From the NCBI GenBank assembly GCA_965215265.1, contig OZ244048.1:2240001-2304000 (forward strand): 64,000 nt of DNA. Reading direction: 5' to 3'. Origin of the DNA: Candidatus Poribacteria bacterium (GTDB lineage Bacteria; Poribacteria; WGA-4E; WGA-3G). Each line of letters opens with the position of its first letter. The first letter of the stretch is position 1. The translations under genes were made by a program, and so were the position numbers. Of the stretch, positions 60,818-64,000 are shown in pieces. The notes beneath the pieces are model-generated. The model had not been told where the DNA came from and made no database searches. It saw nothing but the letters and a program-made list of their open reading frames with translations.

Positions 60818-61720
60818 ATGAAAAATGTGATGTTTGGCAGTCTCTGCTTGTTAATCTTATGTAAGTTCTCTGTCCATACCTTTAGCGATGCTGAGAACGC
60901 CCCTCGGCTGACGAACGATCGTTCTTCTCAAAAAGGTTCCCGTCCCTCCCCGCCGCCTCTGGAAGCAATGAGTGACGTGCTTTGGGAGGCATCGCTTGTA
61001 ACGTTTCAGGAGCTCCTCAAGACAGACCCGGAATCTGCACGTGCAGAACTCCAGAACGTCAGCAAAAAACTCTTCAACGGGCATCTGCTCACCGAAGAAT
61101 GGGTGCCGCTCTACTTCCGCATCCGCCACAAAGGTACTGAACATCTCTCAGATGTAAAACGCTTGACGGAATTGGAAATCCGGATGCTTACTGCCATTGC
61201 TATGGAAACAGGAGATTTCCAAAAGTATGCCCTCCAGCTGCAGCGCCTCCAAGAAGCCTATCAAAAGTATGAAGACAGGGAAAAAGTGCAGGAAAACAAC
61301 AACCCCGGACATACCCATGGACATAGCCACGGGCTGCCCCCCAAAACCGGAAACGCTTCACGCGGCACGGAGAGCAACGCAGCAGTCGACGAGCGTGATA
61401 TAGAAGCCGTACGCGTAGAATACCTCTCACGCTTTAAAGCAGAGTTCAACGATCACCCGCTCACCGAAAAAATGGTGGATACTACACTCGCACTCGCGGT
61501 AAAGAAAAAGCCAGAGCTGATCGAACTGACAGCGTTACAAATTCAGATTATGAAGGAGGTAGATGCCGAAAAGTATAAGGAAGAAATTCAGAATGCTGAA
61601 GCGGGGTTAAGAAAACTCCAGAATATAAGGGATTTGCTTGAAAAGCAAGGCTCGCTTGAGACTGAGACAGTCAATTTCAAATTTGACATTAACAAACAGT
61701 TGTCAAGATTGAAAAAGTAA
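60818..61720 (+). CDS. Hypothetical secreted helical protein
   Basis: RBS aggag, signal peptide, internal repeat FNGHLLTEE/FNDHPLTEK, His-rich linker. Confidence 0.7.
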   Translation: MKNVMFGSLCLLILCKFSVHTFSDAENAPRLTNDRSSQKGSRPSPPPLEAMSDVLWEASLVTFQELLKTDPESARAELQNVSKKLFNGHLLTEEWVPLYFRIRHKGTEHLSDVKRLTELEIRMLTAIAMETGDFQKYALQLQRLQEAYQKYEDREKVQENNNPGHTHGHSHGLPPKTGNASRGTESNAAVDERDIEAVRVEYLSRFKAEFNDHPLTEKMVDTTLALAVKKKPELIELTALQIQIMKEVDAEKYKEEIQNAEAGLRKLQNIRDLLEKQGSLETETVNFKFDINKQLSRLKK

Positions 61721-61888
61721 GCAAGGTGCAGGCGAGAAAGGAAGAGGGAGAGAGAAGGTAGATTATCGTTACCTAAAGGTGACGATAACTTCGTTACTCT
61801 CCCTACCTTACCTATAGGTGACGTAGACTACCGGGGATGCCTGCTTGGAAACAGATGCCGATCATTCTTTGTAAAGGAAAGAAATTGT

Positions 61889-62638
61889 ATGAAAGAACAA
61901 ATAGGAGCAGCCATTGGACTCATAGTCTTCATCTGTGTCGGTTTTTGGGTTTACACGCAGTGGGACCTTAAACGTTTTAAAGAATTGCTGCCCACTCCCC
62001 CCGTGCAGACAGAAACGCGCGAGATAGCCCCTGCACAACAAGCACTCACACCACATGTGCCAACGGAAACCACAGCGCCTGCTAAAACCGCATCCCCGAT
62101 GTGCGACACCGAAGTCGAAACCCGAGAGCACATCGCCGCGCAACCCCCTGAAATTGTGCCTGTTGCGGATGGCACCACAGCGGATGTGGCCCTTGACAGT
62201 TTCTTGGACCTATTTTTTGAAGAAACTCAGTCGGATGCAATCACGTCTGGAGACTTCTCGGATGTTTCCCAGGAAGCCCCCTACGACCAAGCCCTGGTGG
62301 AAAAAGGTTTCGAGGATTACAACGCCTCTCTCGCATTCAATCCTGAATACGCCTACCAACGACTTGATGATGCACTCCGCGAGCAATATGGAGACGACTC
62401 TGATGTTGACATCATTGTTGAGACTGTCCGACGCAGCAATGAGGGGCCCATTACAATCGACGATGCGATTCACCACACAGAGGCAATGATAAGACTTGTG
62501 TCGAAAATCTGTCCCCCTGAAGCCGTCGCAGTGATTGCCGACAATCTGGAATACCTCAGAGAATCTAAACAATTGGCACTTGAAGCTGGAGAGGATACCG
62601 TCCACCTTTTTAACTTTCGTTTTCATGTCGGAGAATAA
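61889..62638 (+). CDS. Hypothetical membrane-anchored protein
   Basis: N-terminal TM, Pro/Thr-rich linker, acidic helical domain. Confidence 0.7.
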   Translation: MKEQIGAAIGLIVFICVGFWVYTQWDLKRFKELLPTPPVQTETREIAPAQQALTPHVPTETTAPAKTASPMCDTEVETREHIAAQPPEIVPVADGTTADVALDSFLDLFFEETQSDAITSGDFSDVSQEAPYDQALVEKGFEDYNASLAFNPEYAYQRLDDALREQYGDDSDVDIIVETVRRSNEGPITIDDAIHHTEAMIRLVSKICPPEAVAVIADNLEYLRESKQLALEAGEDTVHLFNFRFHVGE

Positions 62639-62641
62639 ACC

Positions 62642-63034
62642 ATGAAGTCATTCTTTTATAGCGTCTGTATTATCAGTGCTGTCACAGGTTTCGCTTTTTA
62701 TTGAGGAAAAGGACCCGCAGCCCATCCCAAAACATTACTTGCCGAACGGCATCACGTACAGAAAGAACCTGCAGCAACAGGAATAGAATCCGTACACTCC
62801 ACCGAAACCTCACTCCTAGAGGAAGAGAAAAAAGGCTGTGGGTGCTGTCGTTCTGCATTGGAAAAGGTGAGACAGAAACGCAAGGCACTAGAGATGTGGG
62901 CACGGGAGATGATCGACACGCACGGTTATGAAGAAGGCATGCAGCACGTCACAGCCAAATCCCCGACGTTGGCGAAACGGGTACGGTGCCTCCTTGAAAA
63001 AGAGAAAAAGAGCCGAATCCCTAAGCTTTACTGA
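62642..63034 (+). pseudogene. Exported protein gene with a single premature TGA (62702-62704)
   Basis: MKSFFYSVCIISAVTGFAFY*GKGP...KKGCGCCRSALEKV...; the frame stays open to 63034. Confidence 0.6.
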
Positions 63035-64000
63035 TGGAAGGTTTTCTTTCCATTTACATGATTGGCTGTGGTGGTGATAGCGATGATGGTGAGGGAGAAG
63101 TTCAAGATGCAGCGTTCGTCAGTGCAGCACCAGGCAGTAGCGACCTTGCAGCAAATGCGAGTATTACGGTTACCTTTGACAACGATCCGGGTGCTGTAAC
63201 TGCCAGTGCTGGTGACGTTTCAGGTGCAGAGAAAAGCAGGACAATTTCCAGTCCCTTTACCCTTGGGACACTTGCTCTCGTACACTCTTGGGAAAATGGC
63301 GGAAGCCATACGCTTTTTGTATATCTCCGTACCATCAACGCTTAGGTATTGACAGCTCGTGTGTAAATCTCGTCGGAGGCTCCTGATGTATTGACTCCAA
63401 GAATTACAACATCACAGCACCGGATACTGCTCCTTCCACCGTCACGGACGGTTCCGTTAAAGACGGTGATAAGGTCCATCCTGAGGCGATTAACAGTGAC
63501 GCTAAGATCGAGATTACCTTTCGCGAAGATGTAACCGGTTACATCGCCTTGCAGACTGAAGGCGGCGACGATGTCGGCTGGCTTGGCAAGGTTAAAGGCA
63601 ATAAAGCAACGCTGTACCTGGTGAAACGCCAAAAACTGGACTATAACGTTCCCTATATCATTGTTGGCGAAGTTACTGACGCAGCAGGCAACGCAACCGA
63701 GGTTAACACAGTGTTTAGCACCGCTGTTAAAACCGTCGTTCCTATTGAAATCACGGATGCAACTTTTGATAACATTGTGTTGAATTCTGAGTTTCCTATC
63801 GTAGTTGAATTTTGCGGAGTGTGGTGCCCGTTCTGCCGGCAGATGGGGCCAATTGTCCGCGAAGTTGCATCGGAGCACAGAAAGACATTCGCCATTGCAA
63901 AGTTGGATATTGATTCTAACCAGCAAATTACCAGAAAATATCAGGTGCGTGGAGTGCCAGCGTATATTGTGTTCCAAGATGGTGAAATTGTTGGGCGTAT
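63034..64000 (+). pseudogene. Lipoprotein Ig-like/thioredoxin fusion gene disrupted by an 86-bp insertion and a frameshift near 63600 (runs off the window)
   Basis: IGCGGD lipobox, Ig-like segments (ITVTFDNDP; DAAGN), then a thioredoxin domain VVEFCGVWCPFC...YQVRGVP. Confidence 0.7.
63316..63401 (+). mobile_element. 86-bp inserted repeat unit homologous to 25165-25250
   Basis: Removing it rejoins GSHTL with NYNITAPD in frame; shares gtaccatcaacgctta...cgtgtgtaaatctcgtcggagg. Confidence 0.75.

Noticed and set aside
35180-62704. Stop-codon reassignment, pyrrolysine or selenocysteine to explain the in-frame TAG (35180, 60663) and TGA (62702)
   Set aside because: Conserved genes here end normally with TAG (aroC, the small Mo-hydroxylase subunit) and TGA (nadA, nnr); no recoding machinery or SECIS seen; the lesions lie in decaying regions

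Overview
Bacterial chromosomal window, most likely from Candidatus Poribacteria or a relative. This is inferred from five proteins ending in a V-[ED]-[PA]-x-x-K-x-x-T-x-W-[GA]-x-[LI]-K type tail, plus LamG, LRR and Ig-like surface proteins and paralogous ABC-2 permeases. Housekeeping and metabolic genes include nadA, nnr, pyrD, pyrB, aroC, a ROK kinase, a sulfatase and a Mo-hydroxylase M-S-L operon. The accessory and defence loci are as follows. (1) A type III R-M system whose mod gene is split by a frameshift at a C9 tract, a candidate phase-variable switch. (2) A methyltransferase-HNH fusion gene lying just downstream of an orphan two-repeat, one-spacer CRISPR-like mini-array with its own promoter and no cas genes. 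(3) Two tandem Rpn-like PD-(D/E)XK genes, each with a strong internal RBS+ATG before a variable 36-bp repeat array (13 vs 4 units), suggesting an intragenic toxin/antitoxin pair. (4) A 2300-aa Ig-repeat protein with a T9SS-like C-terminal domain next to a PorV-like gene. (5) An ~86-bp repeat element, found as a cluster at 25.2 kb and as a gene-disrupting insertion at 63.3 kb. (6) A conserved promoter plus structured 5' leader, in three copies, ahead of secreted-protein genes. (7) A decaying island of secreted-protein genes at 58.6-64 kb. All family calls come from motif recognition only; no database searches were run.
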